Shown here: in pieces, positions 9,839 to 20,071 of the stretch | Layout: every line of letters begins with the position of its first letter | Position numbering within the stretch: position 1 is the stretch's first letter | IMG/VR virus record: IMGVR_UViG_3300020202_000093 | Location: 1 to 50,500 of that record | Length of the DNA stretch: 50,500 nt | Origin: a virus | Lineage: Duplodnaviria; Caudoviricetes | Strand: one strand, 5' to 3' | Program-made: the position numbers and the translations under genes | The notes under the pieces: generated by a model | Seen by the model: only the letters and a program-made list of their open reading frames with translations | Told to the model about the DNA's origin: nothing | Databases searched by the model: none

Positions 9839-10042
9839 GTGCACGAAGCGAACGCCCCGCGCTGCGGCACCTGCAAGCACTGGGAGGCGCTGGTGCCGGC
9901 CGACCGTGCGAAGGACGTGCAGCGCCGCTGCCGGTGTCCGTTGCCGTGCAAAGCGCTGGCGACGCCGACGCATCTCAACCTCATGCATGCGGATGACCGT
10001 GCGCCTTGCCTCTGCTGGAGTCCTGCGCCGTGCGAGTCGTGA
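9839..10042 (+). CDS. Small Cys-rich hypothetical protein
   Basis: CGTCKHW...C...CLCW; tightly packed between its neighbours. Confidence 0.5.
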   Translation: MHEANAPRCGTCKHWEALVPADRAKDVQRRCRCPLPCKALATPTHLNLMHADDRAPCLCWSPAPCES

Positions 10043-10383
10043 TCGCCCTCAGCATCGCGCTGCTGGTGTCGCTTGCCGGCAATGCCGCCATGATCGTGGA
10101 GAAGATCCGCGCGGCCGGTGAGGCGACGGCGGCCGGGGCGCTGGCGAACGTCACCGGCAAGGCGGAAGCGCTGGCCGAAACGCTGGACCGAGCGAAGGCG
10201 GTTGCAGACCAGGCCGCGAAAGATCAGCCGGCGCTTATCGCCGAATTGCGCGGCGTGGCAGACCGCTCCCGCAAGCGCATCACCGTGTATCGAGACCGCG
10301 TCAAGACCATCCCGGCGGCCGCGTGCCCGCCCGGCCCTGAGCGGATGGATGCCGTCAACGAATCCCTGCGAGGTGCCCCGTGA
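10030..10383 (+). CDS. Rz-like inner-membrane spanin
   Basis: N-terminal TM, Ala-rich coiled coil, ITVYRDRVKTIP..AC C-terminus. Confidence 0.65.
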   Translation: MRVVIALSIALLVSLAGNAAMIVEKIRAAGEATAAGALANVTGKAEALAETLDRAKAVADQAAKDQPALIAELRGVADRSRKRITVYRDRVKTIPAAACPPGPERMDAVNESLRGAP

Positions 10384-10706
10384 ACTGGCGCGCACCCATC
10401 GCCGCGGTGGCGCTGGCGCTCGCCGGCTGTTCGGCCGCCCCTACCGTGCCGGTCCGCGTGACTGCGGAACCTGTGCCTGCTCAGTGCGCCATGCAGTGCA
10501 CGACCGGATGCCTGCCTGCCGATCCACCACAGTGGACCGGCGACCCGGCCGACCCGGCGACCTGGGATCGCCTGCAAGCCGATGTGATCGATCCGCTGCA
10601 AGTCACCGCCGAGACCTGCGACGCCGCGCGCCACGCGTGCGTGCAGTGCCTGCGCCGGCTCGAGCGCGTCGGCCTGATCTGCGGCGTCAAGGAGGACTGC
10701 CAGTGA
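10380..10706 (+). CDS. Rz1-like outer-membrane spanin lipoprotein
   Basis: Lipobox LAGC, Pro/Cys-rich; overlaps the i-spanin stop. Confidence 0.65.
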   Translation: MNWRAPIAAVALALAGCSAAPTVPVRVTAEPVPAQCAMQCTTGCLPADPPQWTGDPADPATWDRLQADVIDPLQVTAETCDAARHACVQCLRRLERVGLICGVKEDCQ

Positions 10707-10906
10707 GCCAGATCGACGTCGACGCCGAGCTGGAACGCATCCGCGCTTTAGCCGCCAGCGGCAGGCTACGTGCGCTCGCGTTCGTGCGCGAGGACGACGC
10801 CGGCGACTTGTGCCCGCGAATCATTGCTACAGACGACGCGCGAGATGCGCTGCGAGACGTGCTGAACGCGTTGCACGAGGCGAGCGCGACCGAGGTGCGG
10901 CAATGA
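10703..10906 (+). CDS. Hypothetical protein
   Basis: GTG start overlapping the previous stop, SD AGGAGG; its stop overlaps the next ATG. Confidence 0.55.
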   Translation: MSQIDVDAELERIRALAASGRLRALAFVREDDAGDLCPRIIATDDARDALRDVLNALHEASATEVRQ

Positions 10907-11289
10907 CCGCGCCGGTTGCCATTTCGCTGCACGCAACCCGCGGCGCCACGTGGAAGGCCGCAATGCGCTACCGAGACGCCGACGGCAACTTGATTCCGGT
11001 CGCTGGCAAGAACGCGCTGGCGCAGGTTCGCGAGAAGCGCGACTCCGAAGAAATCATCCTCACGTTGAGTTCCGCCAACGGTCGCATCATCCTCAACGAT
11101 GCGGACGCAGACGGCTTCAACATTCGGTTCCTGGTCGCGTCGACGGACACGGCGGCCCTATCGCCAACGAACGCCAAGCGCGAGCTGGTCTGCGATCTGG
11201 TGCTCTACGACAACGCGTCGCCGCCGGAGATCACGCCTCTTTTCGCGGCCACGCTCACCGTGCATCCGCTCGGCACGGAGGTGCCATGA
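10903..11289 (+). CDS. Virion-associated beta-sandwich protein (RGATW/QGATF type)
   Basis: RGATW...AQVRE...LTLSSANGRI...DL.L pattern typical of phage tail/baseplate-adjacent proteins. Confidence 0.6.
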   Translation: MTAPVAISLHATRGATWKAAMRYRDADGNLIPVAGKNALAQVREKRDSEEIILTLSSANGRIILNDADADGFNIRFLVASTDTAALSPTNAKRELVCDLVLYDNASPPEITPLFAATLTVHPLGTEVP

Positions 11290-11825
11290 GCGGCGGCTGC
11301 GCAGGCATCGATATCGTCGCGCCGACCATCGGCCTGGACATCGTGGCCGGCGGAGGTGTCGACGTGCTCGATGCTCGTCCAGCCGTCGAACTCCTGGAGG
11401 CCGCCGCGCCGCAATTGGAGATCGCGCGCGAATTGCGCGTGGTCGAACTGGCCGGCGTCGGTGCGCGCGGCGAGCAGGGGCCGCCAGGGCCTGCTGGCGG
11501 CGGCCTCGTGGGTCCGTTTGCCTTCAGCTACGGCGACGCGCCAGGAAACATCTACACACCAAGCGTCGCCGGCACGATCACGGAAGCGCGCGTCATCGTC
11601 ACGACGCCATTCGATGGCGTTGGTGCGTCACTGACTCTTGGCACAGCTTCGGAGCCGAACTCAATTATGGCCACCGCTGACAGCTTCCTTGGCGAACTAG
11701 CCGAGTTCGAGAAGCCGGCGGACAAGCCAATAAACGCGGGCGAAGGCATTCGCCTTTCCATCACGCCAGGCTCCAGCGCCACGCAGGGCGCCGGCCTGAT
11801 CTACCTCACCTTCATCGAGTCCTGA
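11286..11825 (+). CDS. Virion accessory protein with a short collagen-like motif
   Basis: GARGEQGPPGPAG; C-terminal domain similar to that of 11829-12554. Confidence 0.6.
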   Translation: MSGGCAGIDIVAPTIGLDIVAGGGVDVLDARPAVELLEAAAPQLEIARELRVVELAGVGARGEQGPPGPAGGGLVGPFAFSYGDAPGNIYTPSVAGTITEARVIVTTPFDGVGASLTLGTASEPNSIMATADSFLGELAEFEKPADKPINAGEGIRLSITPGSSATQGAGLIYLTFIES

Positions 11826-11828
11826 CCC

Positions 11829-12554
11829 ATGGCATTGCAATGGCTTTCTAACCTCGTCGGAACGATGCAAGCCTACTTCCGTATCGGGGCATCTGGACCG
11901 AGGCTGAAGAACAACAGCGGCGTTCTGGACATTCGGAACGCAGACGATAGCGCCTATGCATCGGCGCGAATGGACGATCTGACAGCCGAAGACACGACGC
12001 TGAACACGCTCGATGTCAAAGACAACGATCTTGACCTGAACTCCGACGCGGCCGGAAGCGGCGCTGACTGGAAGTACACGCTACGCGTGCCGTCGAGTGG
12101 CATGACTGCGGCGGTCGTCCTGACGTTGCCCATCAATGATGGTAGCTCCGGTCAGGTGCTCGAGACGGATGGAAGCGGTGTCCTGTCCTGGGTGACGAAG
12201 GCCGGTGGCGCAAATCAGGCAAAGACGGACGTGACCAACCTCGCGTTCGGTGACTCCAGCCCGGTGACGATGTTCACGAAGGAAGCTGGTTCAAAGGTCA
12301 AAGAGATTCGCGTCTATATCGACACGCCGTTCAACGGCACAGCGCCCACCGTGAGCATCGGCGTGGTTGGCACGACGAGTAAATACGCGGCCACCACCGA
12401 GATTGACCTGAAGGCTGCTGCAGGCTCGGTGTTCGTCATCACGCCTGAGGACGCCGTCGAAGGCGGGACCGAAGCTCTGATCGCCACCTATAGCGCCGAC
12501 AGTTCGAGTGCCGGCGCGGCTCGTATTGAAGTGGATACCGTTGTACCGAGCTGA
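11829..12554 (+). CDS. Virion fibre/spike-like protein
   Basis: LTLP.NDGSSGQVLETDGSGVLSW fibre-shaft motif; Ser/Thr/Gly-rich. Confidence 0.65.
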   Translation: MALQWLSNLVGTMQAYFRIGASGPRLKNNSGVLDIRNADDSAYASARMDDLTAEDTTLNTLDVKDNDLDLNSDAAGSGADWKYTLRVPSSGMTAAVVLTLPINDGSSGQVLETDGSGVLSWVTKAGGANQAKTDVTNLAFGDSSPVTMFTKEAGSKVKEIRVYIDTPFNGTAPTVSIGVVGTTSKYAATTEIDLKAAAGSVFVITPEDAVEGGTEALIATYSADSSSAGAARIEVDTVVPS

Positions 12555-12559
12555 TCGAA

Positions 12560-12988
12560 ATGTCACTGCAATGGCTGTCAAATCTGGTGGGCACGCTCAA
12601 GTCGTCGTTCAACGTCGGGAAGGCGAAGATCGACGCGAGTGGGGTCACCGCTGCGCGGACACAGTCCCTACCGGACAAGGCAGGTACGTTCGCCATGCTC
12701 GACGACATTGAAGGCGGCATCGCATGGGAAGAGACCGACGGCTCATCGACGTTATCAGTGAACACGGCATACCGAGCAACGGACGACGTGACGCTGCCGG
12801 GCACTGTCGCTGAAAACAACTGGCTGAAGATCCATGCCAACGGCGTCGACATTATCTGCATCCCGAACGGCGTCGACATTCGCGGTCCGTTTGGCACGGT
12901 CGACGGAGACACTGACACGCTGAAGCTGTTCAACGGCGAGACCGTCCATTTGGTCGCCAACAGCTCGTCGCAGTGGGAAGCGGTCTGA
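12560..12988 (+). CDS. Virion fibre-associated protein (N-terminus paralogous to 11829)
   Basis: MSLQWLSNLVGT; ARTQSLPDKAGTFAMLDDI fibre motif. Confidence 0.6.
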   Translation: MSLQWLSNLVGTLKSSFNVGKAKIDASGVTAARTQSLPDKAGTFAMLDDIEGGIAWEETDGSSTLSVNTAYRATDDVTLPGTVAENNWLKIHANGVDIICIPNGVDIRGPFGTVDGDTDTLKLFNGETVHLVANSSSQWEAV

Positions 12989-13458
12989 TGGCTATCAAGA
13001 CGCTCAGCCAGATTTTCGGCGAGTCACCGATACTGCGTCCACGCACGACGATCGCCAGAAAAACCACGACGATCATTGCTTCGTCTTTGAACCCTTTCAA
13101 CGGGGCTCTGCCTTCGACGTTGTCAGGGGCGATGACGGCGAATCAATGGAAGGACCTAATCGACATTGCTGGCTCTGGGGTGCTGCAATTTGCGGCGCTT
13201 GGCGCACAGAACAGCACGTCGAGAACAGTTGATTTCGAAATCATCCTCGACGGCAACACCATATACCCAGGATCAGAAGCGATCGCTGCGGCACGCTGGT
13301 TCGTCGGCGTTGGTGCGGTGACACTGAACTCAAGCTCTGCGGTGCTTGCGTGGTCATTCGATCCAAAGCCGTACCGATCCACGCTGAAGATTCGCGCACG
13401 GCAGACCGACACGGCAACCGATTCCCTGCGCCTTGACTACGCACACGACACGGTATGA
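12988..13458 (+). CDS. Hypothetical virion protein
   Basis: ATG overlaps the previous TGA; beta-rich composition. Confidence 0.55.
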   Translation: MAIKTLSQIFGESPILRPRTTIARKTTTIIASSLNPFNGALPSTLSGAMTANQWKDLIDIAGSGVLQFAALGAQNSTSRTVDFEIILDGNTIYPGSEAIAAARWFVGVGAVTLNSSSAVLAWSFDPKPYRSTLKIRARQTDTATDSLRLDYAHDTV

Positions 13459-13826
13459 GCACGACCACCATCGAGGGCGAGTACAAGGTGACCCGCGACG
13501 ACAACGGGCAAGTCGTGGCGCGTGTCCTGTACCGTCCCGTACAACCCGTACCGCTGACACGCGCCTACCTCGCGACCGTCCTGCGTCGCATGACGCCGTC
13601 CGAATTGCATCTATGGCGTCGTGCCGTCGTGCGTGCCGAGGCGACGAATTCGCCGACCACCGCGGACCGCCAGCTCTGCTACGCCTGGCACCTGTTGATG
13701 ATGCAGCCGGACCCGGTGCAAGTCACAGCCGGCGATCTGCAGCAGCTCGGTACGTGGTGGGTGCAATACAACGTGGTCAGCAGCGCGGCACGTGCGCAGG
13801 AAATTCTCGCGCCGGAGGTGGTATGA
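13455..13826 (+). CDS. Hypothetical protein (possible fibre assembly chaperone)
   Basis: Coupled start and stop; ends ...SAARAQEILAP, as in small phage proteins that follow fibre genes. Confidence 0.5.
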   Translation: MSTTTIEGEYKVTRDDNGQVVARVLYRPVQPVPLTRAYLATVLRRMTPSELHLWRRAVVRAEATNSPTTADRQLCYAWHLLMMQPDPVQVTAGDLQQLGTWWVQYNVVSSAARAQEILAPEVV

Positions 13827-14164
13827 GCCAACGCAGCACATGGGACGCCCACGACGCGAACATGCTGGCCGCATTCGTCGATAGCGGCCTGGCCGACGAG
13901 GCAACCTATACAGCGCCGACGCGCGGCGCATTACCGCAATCGTGTGTCGTGATGATCGGTCACGAGCCGTTGTCCGAGCTGCCGGGCGGTGGACTGCAAA
14001 CGCAGAGCGGGCAGGTGCGGATCACCGGGCAGCTCTCGCAGCTCAGCGCCCCACCGGCTGAGGGCGGCAAGATCGTCGCGGACGGCAAGACCTACACGAT
14101 CAAGCGTGTCGAGCACACTGACCAGGCCGGCACCATGTGGAGCGTGCTATGTCCGCGTCCGTAG
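13823..14164 (+). CDS. Head-tail joining protein (gpFII-like)
   Basis: GLADEATYTAP...GGKIVADGKTYTI; position before the tail terminator gene. Confidence 0.65.
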   Translation: MSQRSTWDAHDANMLAAFVDSGLADEATYTAPTRGALPQSCVVMIGHEPLSELPGGGLQTQSGQVRITGQLSQLSAPPAEGGKIVADGKTYTIKRVEHTDQAGTMWSVLCPRP

Positions 14165-14625
14165 GTCGGCAGGTGTTCGAGGCGATCCTGGCACGGCTGC
14201 GCCGGATCGATGGCGCCGCTCCAATGCGCAATGACCTGCGTGGCCGCATCTATGCACAACGGCCGAGCTACGACGCGCTCAACGGAGAGTTGCCGGCGGC
14301 CTTCGTGTTCCTTGCAAACGAGACGCGCGGCGAGCCATCCGGTGATCGAGTCGCGCGTGAGCGGACGCTGACGATTGTCGGCGTTGTACGGCGATCTACC
14401 GATGCCGGCCTCGCATTGGAGGACTTGCTTGCTGACTTCGATCGTGTCCTAGAAACCGAAGACAAGTACCTGTCCGTTGATGCGCCGAAGCGGAATCTGC
14501 TGAGCGGCGAGATGACGATCACCAGTTCGGAGTTCGAGCTTCCTGTCGATGCCTCGAACGTCGAGTTCGTAGCGTTGGACGTGCGCTGCCGTTGGCCGCA
14601 CATACGTGGCAATCCGGACAAGTGA
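14149..14625 (+). CDS. Tail terminator/completion protein
   Basis: QVFEAILARLRRI...ELPA...LEDLLADFDRVL; precedes the tail tube gene. Confidence 0.65.
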   Translation: MSASVGRQVFEAILARLRRIDGAAPMRNDLRGRIYAQRPSYDALNGELPAAFVFLANETRGEPSGDRVARERTLTIVGVVRRSTDAGLALEDLLADFDRVLETEDKYLSVDAPKRNLLSGEMTITSSEFELPVDASNVEFVALDVRCRWPHIRGNPDK

Positions 14626-14686
14626 AGACGACGAATCGGATCAAGTAGCGGCGACGTGCCGCGATTCCATCGAAGGAGCAACTGAA

Positions 14687-15697
14687 ATGGCCGCACCGAC
14701 TCTCAACACCTACACGAACGAATACAAGTTCGGTCGTGGGCGCATTCTGTTCAACCGCCTCGTGAGTGGCATCTACGAAGGCTACCGCCCGCTCGGCAAC
14801 TGCACTGAGTTCAACATCACAGTGGAGTCCGAGCAGTTCCGCCACGTGTCCAGTGAATCGGGCCTGGAGGAAGTCGATCTGGAGTTCACCCGGTCGATCA
14901 CCCGCAGCGGTTCGATCACGACCGACAACATGAGCAGCGACAACCTGGAGCTGTTCCTGGCTGCCGATGCGACCACGATCACGCAGACCAGTTCCAGCCC
15001 GACGAACGAGGACATCGGGCCGGTCACTGCGAACCGCACCTACCAGCTCGGCCTTTCGGTGGCAAAGGGTGGCGTTCGCAACGTATCGTCGGTGTCGGCG
15101 AGCTTCGCCGAAGGCGATGATGCCAGCGCGCGTGCGAACAGCACCGCCTACGCGGTTGGTGACTTCTACAAGCCGGCCGTCTCGAACAACCACTTCTATG
15201 TGTGCACCGTGGCTGGCACGTCGGACAGTTCGCCGCCGACGTTCACCACGGATGGCACGACGTTTGCCGACGGCACCGCGACGTTCCGCGACGTGGGCCT
15301 GATCGCGATCGCGAACACCAGCGATGCCGATTACCTCGTCGATACCTCGCTCGGTCTTCTGTCGGTTAAGCCGACCGGCGCCATCGCTACCGCGCTGACT
15401 CGTCTGCCGGCAGGCACCACGCTCAGCCTGCACGTTGACTACACCCGCGCGGCGATCACCCGCGAGCAGATTGCCACGTCGGCGAGCGTGTCGCTTGAAG
15501 GTGAGTTGAAGTTCATCTCGGACAACCCGCAGGGCGCGCAGCAGGACGTGTTCCTGCCGAAGTGCACGCTGAGTCCGAACGGTGACTTGCCGTTCATTAC
15601 TGGCGACGAGGTGGCGTCTGCGCAGTTCACGGTCGGCATCAGCAAGAAGGACTCGACGACTGCGGCGATCTACATCGACGGCCGGCCGGCGGCGTAA
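14687..15697 (+). CDS. Major tail tube protein with an inserted carbohydrate-binding-like module
   Basis: YKFGRGRILF...LGNCTEFNITVESE and EGELKFISDNPQG...P...LSPNGDLPFI; SD GAAGGAG. Confidence 0.8.
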   Translation: MAAPTLNTYTNEYKFGRGRILFNRLVSGIYEGYRPLGNCTEFNITVESEQFRHVSSESGLEEVDLEFTRSITRSGSITTDNMSSDNLELFLAADATTITQTSSSPTNEDIGPVTANRTYQLGLSVAKGGVRNVSSVSASFAEGDDASARANSTAYAVGDFYKPAVSNNHFYVCTVAGTSDSSPPTFTTDGTTFADGTATFRDVGLIAIANTSDADYLVDTSLGLLSVKPTGAIATALTRLPAGTTLSLHVDYTRAAITREQIATSASVSLEGELKFISDNPQGAQQDVFLPKCTLSPNGDLPFITGDEVASAQFTVGISKKDSTTAAIYIDGRPAA

Positions 15698-15708
15698 CGG
15701 GAGCGATC

Positions 15709-16347
15709 ATGGCGCGGCTCCGTAATCGGAAGGGCCAGGCTCTCCGCTTCTTCACCAATGGGAAGCGGGCGGACGATGTCTATGGTCTGTTCGATCACGT
15801 GGGCCGCGTTGTGAGACGAACTGAAGAGGCTGCGAAAAAGGCGCGCGTCAGCACATCTCGGCGCGCCGAGTCGTTTGCCAAGGAAGAGATCCAGAAGGAT
15901 TTCAACATCAGGTCCGGACTGCTGTCGGGGAAGTTCCGCGTCGTTGATTCTGGCGATGCAATCCGGCTATTCGCATCCCAACGCCGTGTTCCGCTGCTGG
16001 AGTTCGGTGGGCGATGGGGAGGGCGGAAGACACCGGGCGCCACTGCTGAAATCGAGCGTGGCAACCGCGAGACATTCGCGAGTTCTTTTATCGCAACCGT
16101 GAAGGGCAAGCGCGCCGTCCGCGTGCGCAAGAAGGTCGGCGATAAGCGTGTGCGGCGTGGTCCGCTGAAGATGCTGTACGGGCCATCTCCGAAAGACATG
16201 GTGACCGGGCAGCGCAGTGACCCAGAGACGAGAAATCCGGAAGGGCGATATCCACGCGACCTTCGGAAGCGGCTGATCGCTCGGCTGGCTGCTTTCCACA
16301 TTGCCGAGCTTCGGCGCTTGTACGAGGTGGAGTCCCGCCGTGGCTGA
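15709..16347 (+). CDS. Minor tail protein Z-like
   Basis: Basic protein; SSFIATVKG...R...RGPLKMLYGPS motif. Confidence 0.65.
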   Translation: MARLRNRKGQALRFFTNGKRADDVYGLFDHVGRVVRRTEEAAKKARVSTSRRAESFAKEEIQKDFNIRSGLLSGKFRVVDSGDAIRLFASQRRVPLLEFGGRWGGRKTPGATAEIERGNRETFASSFIATVKGKRAVRVRKKVGDKRVRRGPLKMLYGPSPKDMVTGQRSDPETRNPEGRYPRDLRKRLIARLAAFHIAELRRLYEVESRRG

Positions 16348-19300
16348 TTCGTTTCGACAAGTCATCGAGGTTGCGCTTCAGTCGACAACCGACCCGAAGA
16401 TTCGCGAGCTGCTGACGCAGCTTAGGGATCTTGGTTCAACCGGCGATACGACCGATGCGGCACTGAGTGCTGTCGTCGATGAGCTGAACCAGCTAAGCGA
16501 TGCATCGCGCCGTGCAGCTGTCGCCGCAGACATCAGCGAGGCATTGGAAGAGACCGGGCATCGGCTTAAACAGGCTGAGAGCGGACTGGCGGCGCTGAAC
16601 GGCGAATACGATCGATTCGACACGAAGAGTAAGGCGATCAATAAGGCGTTCAAGGATGCCGAGGCGGCTGTAACGTCGCTGACGAACGAGCAGCAGAAAC
16701 TACAGGCTGCGCTAGCAGAGACGTCGGCCGATCTTGGAAAGGCCGGAGTCAACACCGAGAACCTTGCCGACGAACAGCAGCGACTCCGCGTGGCGATCGA
16801 CGCCTCCGCGGAGAAGATCCGCGAGCGTATTGCGGCGGCGAAGGCCGCGGAAGCAGCCGAGGACCAATGGCGGGCGAGCATCAAGGATGCTGCCGCCGTT
16901 CTGCAGCGGCAGGAGACTGCGAACAAGACCGCTGCCGAGGCGCTGGAAAAGTACCGCACAAAGTCCAAGCAGGCGGCCGCCGCGCAGGATGACCTTGCGA
17001 ATTCAGCGAATCGCAGCGTCGGACTGCTGAACGGGCTGAAGTCCGCACTGGCCGGGCTAACGGCATTCTTCGGCGTTCGCGAAGCGATCGAGGGCACGAA
17101 GAATATCCTTGGCCTGGGCGATGCCGCGGAGCGGACCCGCACGCAGCTTGCCGGCCTGTATGGCTCGCAGGCCGATGGCGAGCGCGCATTCACCAGACTG
17201 AAGGACGTAGCGCGCGAGAACGGTCTTGAGTTCACCAATACGCTCGAAGCGGCAAAGAAGCTGAAAGCATTTGGACTCGAACCGCTTGACGGCACGCTGC
17301 AGTCGCTGATCGACCAGAACGCGCGGTTAGGCGGAACGCAGGAAACGCTTGAAGGCATGATCCTGGCGGTCGGCCAGGCGTGGTCTAAGCAAAAGCTGCA
17401 GGGGGAGGAAATCCTGCAGTTGGTCGAGCGTGGCGTGCCGGTGTGGGACTTGCTCAGCAAGGCCACCGGCAAGAATGTGCAGGAGCTGCAGAAGCTCAGC
17501 GAGTCTGGCAAGCTCGGACGCGAGGCCATTGCGGCACTGGTGGCGGAGATAGGCAAGGCATCGAGCGGCGCCGCAGCGGCGAACCTCGATACTCTCTCCG
17601 GCCGAGTTCAGGCGCTGCGCGACCGCATCCAGCAGTTCTTCACTGAAGTCGCGAACAGCGGCGCGCTGCAATTTTTCAAGGATCGGATCGCGGCGCTCAG
17701 CGCAGATATCGACAGGCTTTCTGCCAACGGAAAACTACGCGAGTTCGCGCAACAGCTTTCGGATTCAATCGTCGCCGCCGGCAAGGCGATAGAAGGTTCG
17801 ATCCGGTTTGTCGTCGAGTACAGCAAGCAGATCACGGCGCTGGCCCAGGCATACATTGTGCTGAAGGCAGCGCAGGCTGGCGCCGGAATCGTCTCTGCGA
17901 TAACTGCGATGGGGGCGGCGACAAGTGCGGCAGCCGCGCCTGTCGCTACCTTCGCGGCGTCGATCAAGAACCTCGGGGTTATGGGGACGCTTGTTGCTGG
18001 AGCGCGAGCGCTTGCCGCCGGCATCGTCAGCCTCACCGCTGCGTTTAGCGGCTTCGCGGTCGCGGCGGCGGCAGTTGTCGGGGTGAAAGCTGGTCAGGCG
18101 TTAAGCGATCTATGGGATCGTCTAACGCCATCTGTAAAGAACGCGCAGAAGGCGGTGGACGAAGGTGCCGCAAGTCTGCTTATGATGGGGGAGCAAGCGA
18201 GACTAGCCGCACTGAGGTTGCTGCAATTCGAGCAACGACAAACGCTTGCCGCGGAACAAGTGGTAGCGCTTTCGGAGGCTGAGCGGAAGGCTTATGACGA
18301 AGGGCAACGCGGGCTTGAGCAATATCTCGTAGCACGCGCCAAGTATCTCATCTCCCTTGAGGGGACGAATCGCGCGTCTGCGGCACAGCTGGATGAACTG
18401 GCTGAGGTGCGTGCGCGGCTTGAACTGGTACGCCAGGGATATGAGGCAGTTGCGGCCGCAACGGCAAAGGCGGCTGAAGAAGCGCGCCGCGCAGTTGAGA
18501 CAGGGCTATCAGAATCCGTCCTTGATCTGGTCGATAAGCTCGAAGCAGCAAGAGGCAAGGCTGATGGGCTTGGCGCAGCGTTCAAGACCATCTTTGAAGA
18601 GATCAGCAAGACGCCAAGCGCAGACAAGATCGCCGATCTTGTCATCGCGCTCGATGCTGTCGGCGGCGCGAGCGAACGTGCCGGCGCGCAGGTTCGAGAT
18701 GCGCTGCGCGCTGAGTTGGAGAAGCTCAACGGGACCGACCTAAGTAAGTTTCAGGGCGCGGCCGAGTTCGCGTTCGATGAAGCGGGCAAATCTGCGTCTG
18801 AGTCTGCAGAGGTCATGCGGACGATCCTCGGCGTGGCGCTCGAAGAAATCGGCGTAGAGGCGGCCGATGCAGGCGTCAAGGTCACGGAGTCCGGTAAGCA
18901 GATTCTCGCCGCATTCAACGCGATAGCTACGAACTCGCAGGCAACAAGCGAGCAGGTTATCGCCGCATTTGAGGCTGCGGTTAGCAAGCTATCGACGCCC
19001 GAGGAGCTGATTCAACTGGAGGGTGCGTTCAGGCGCGCCTTTGAAACCGGGAAGATCGGCGCTGACGAATTCGGTCTCGCTCTTGGCCAGCTGAAGTCAC
19101 GCATGGCGGCAGTGCGTGACGAGATAGATCCGCTTGAATCGGCATTTCGTCAGCTCGGTATAACCAGTCAGCAGTCTCTAGACGCCGCCGCAGACGCTGC
19201 TAGGCGATCGTTTGAGGCCATTCGAGACGGCGCTGCGCAGGGCAAAGCATCCGCCGAAGACGTGCGCAGAGCGTTCGAGGCCTATGCGCGTGCGCAGTTG

Positions 19301-20071
19301 GCGGCCGTCGCGGACGCTGATGCGTGGAAGCAAGCGCAGGTTATAGCGCATCTGGCTGTTCAGGGCGCGGCCGTACTCTCCCGCGAGAAGCTTGAAGCCC
19401 TTGGGTTGGTCACGGCCGAAGCCGCCGAAAAGACAGACGCATTGACGGCTGCTGCCGATCGATTTGCCGACGCCGCGGAACGTCAGGCCGAGGCTGCTGA
19501 TCGAGTTGCCGACGCCACAGAGAATCAGGTTCGTACACAAGAGAGATCGAACCAGGCGATTGTCATAGGCACGCAGTTGACCGAGCGCGCGATCGAAGCG
19601 CTTGACCGCTACGCCGGGCAGATCAATCGGCTGAGTCGCGACTTGATGAATCAGCAAGAGGAAGCGCGGCGCCATATCGAACTGCTGGACATGCAGATCG
19701 CTCGGTACGACGAGAATGCACAGGCGATCCAGCGGCTTCGTGGCCAGTACGACTTGCTCGACGATAGCACCTTGCAGGAGATAGCGCAGCGCGAGCAGCG
19801 CTTACGGCAGGAGCAAGAACGCCTGGCCCGGGAGCAACAGGAGGCCGATCGTCGAGTGCGCGAAGCGGTCGAGCGCACGTCAAACGGTGGATCGTCTGGC
19901 GGGTCATCCGCTGGCGGCGGCTCTGCCCCTGCGCCGAACATCGTGAACAACTTCAACATTACACCGACTGGTCTGCTACCCGGCATCACCGGGACGGGCA
20001 GCGACTTCTGGGATCAGGTCGCGCGGAAAGTCTCGCGCGAGCAGGAACGGTTAGGGATTCTCCGTCGATGA
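16340..20071 (+). CDS. Tail tape measure protein
   Basis: ~1240 aa, Ala-rich and helical; tape_meas_nterm motif AVGQAWSKQKLQGEEILQLVERGVPVWDLL. Confidence 0.92.
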   Translation: MADSFRQVIEVALQSTTDPKIRELLTQLRDLGSTGDTTDAALSAVVDELNQLSDASRRAAVAADISEALEETGHRLKQAESGLAALNGEYDRFDTKSKAINKAFKDAEAAVTSLTNEQQKLQAALAETSADLGKAGVNTENLADEQQRLRVAIDASAEKIRERIAAAKAAEAAEDQWRASIKDAAAVLQRQETANKTAAEALEKYRTKSKQAAAAQDDLANSANRSVGLLNGLKSALAGLTAFFGVREAIEGTKNILGLGDAAERTRTQLAGLYGSQADGERAFTRLKDVARENGLEFTNTLEAAKKLKAFGLEPLDGTLQSLIDQNARLGGTQETLEGMILAVGQAWSKQKLQGEEILQLVERGVPVWDLLSKATGKNVQELQKLSESGKLGREAIAALVAEIGKASSGAAAANLDTLSGRVQALRDRIQQFFTEVANSGALQFFKDRIAALSADIDRLSANGKLREFAQQLSDSIVAAGKAIEGSIRFVVEYSKQITALAQAYIVLKAAQAGAGIVSAITAMGAATSAAAAPVATFAASIKNLGVMGTLVAGARALAAGIVSLTAAFSGFAVAAAAVVGVKAGQALSDLWDRLTPSVKNAQKAVDEGAASLLMMGEQARLAALRLLQFEQRQTLAAEQVVALSEAERKAYDEGQRGLEQYLVARAKYLISLEGTNRASAAQLDELAEVRARLELVRQGYEAVAAATAKAAEEARRAVETGLSESVLDLVDKLEAARGKADGLGAAFKTIFEEISKTPSADKIADLVIALDAVGGASERAGAQVRDALRAELEKLNGTDLSKFQGAAEFAFDEAGKSASESAEVMRTILGVALEEIGVEAADAGVKVTESGKQILAAFNAIATNSQATSEQVIAAFEAAVSKLSTPEELIQLEGAFRRAFETGKIGADEFGLALGQLKSRMAAVRDEIDPLESAFRQLGITSQQSLDAAADAARRSFEAIRDGAAQGKASAEDVRRAFEAYARAQLAAVADADAWKQAQVIAHLAVQGAAVLSREKLEALGLVTAEAAEKTDALTAAADRFADAAERQAEAADRVADATENQVRTQERSNQAIVIGTQLTERAIEALDRYAGQINRLSRDLMNQQEEARRHIELLDMQIARYDENAQAIQRLRGQYDLLDDSTLQEIAQREQRLRQEQERLAREQQEADRRVREAVERTSNGGSSGGSSAGGGSAPAPNIVNNFNITPTGLLPGITGTGSDFWDQVARKVSREQERLGILRR

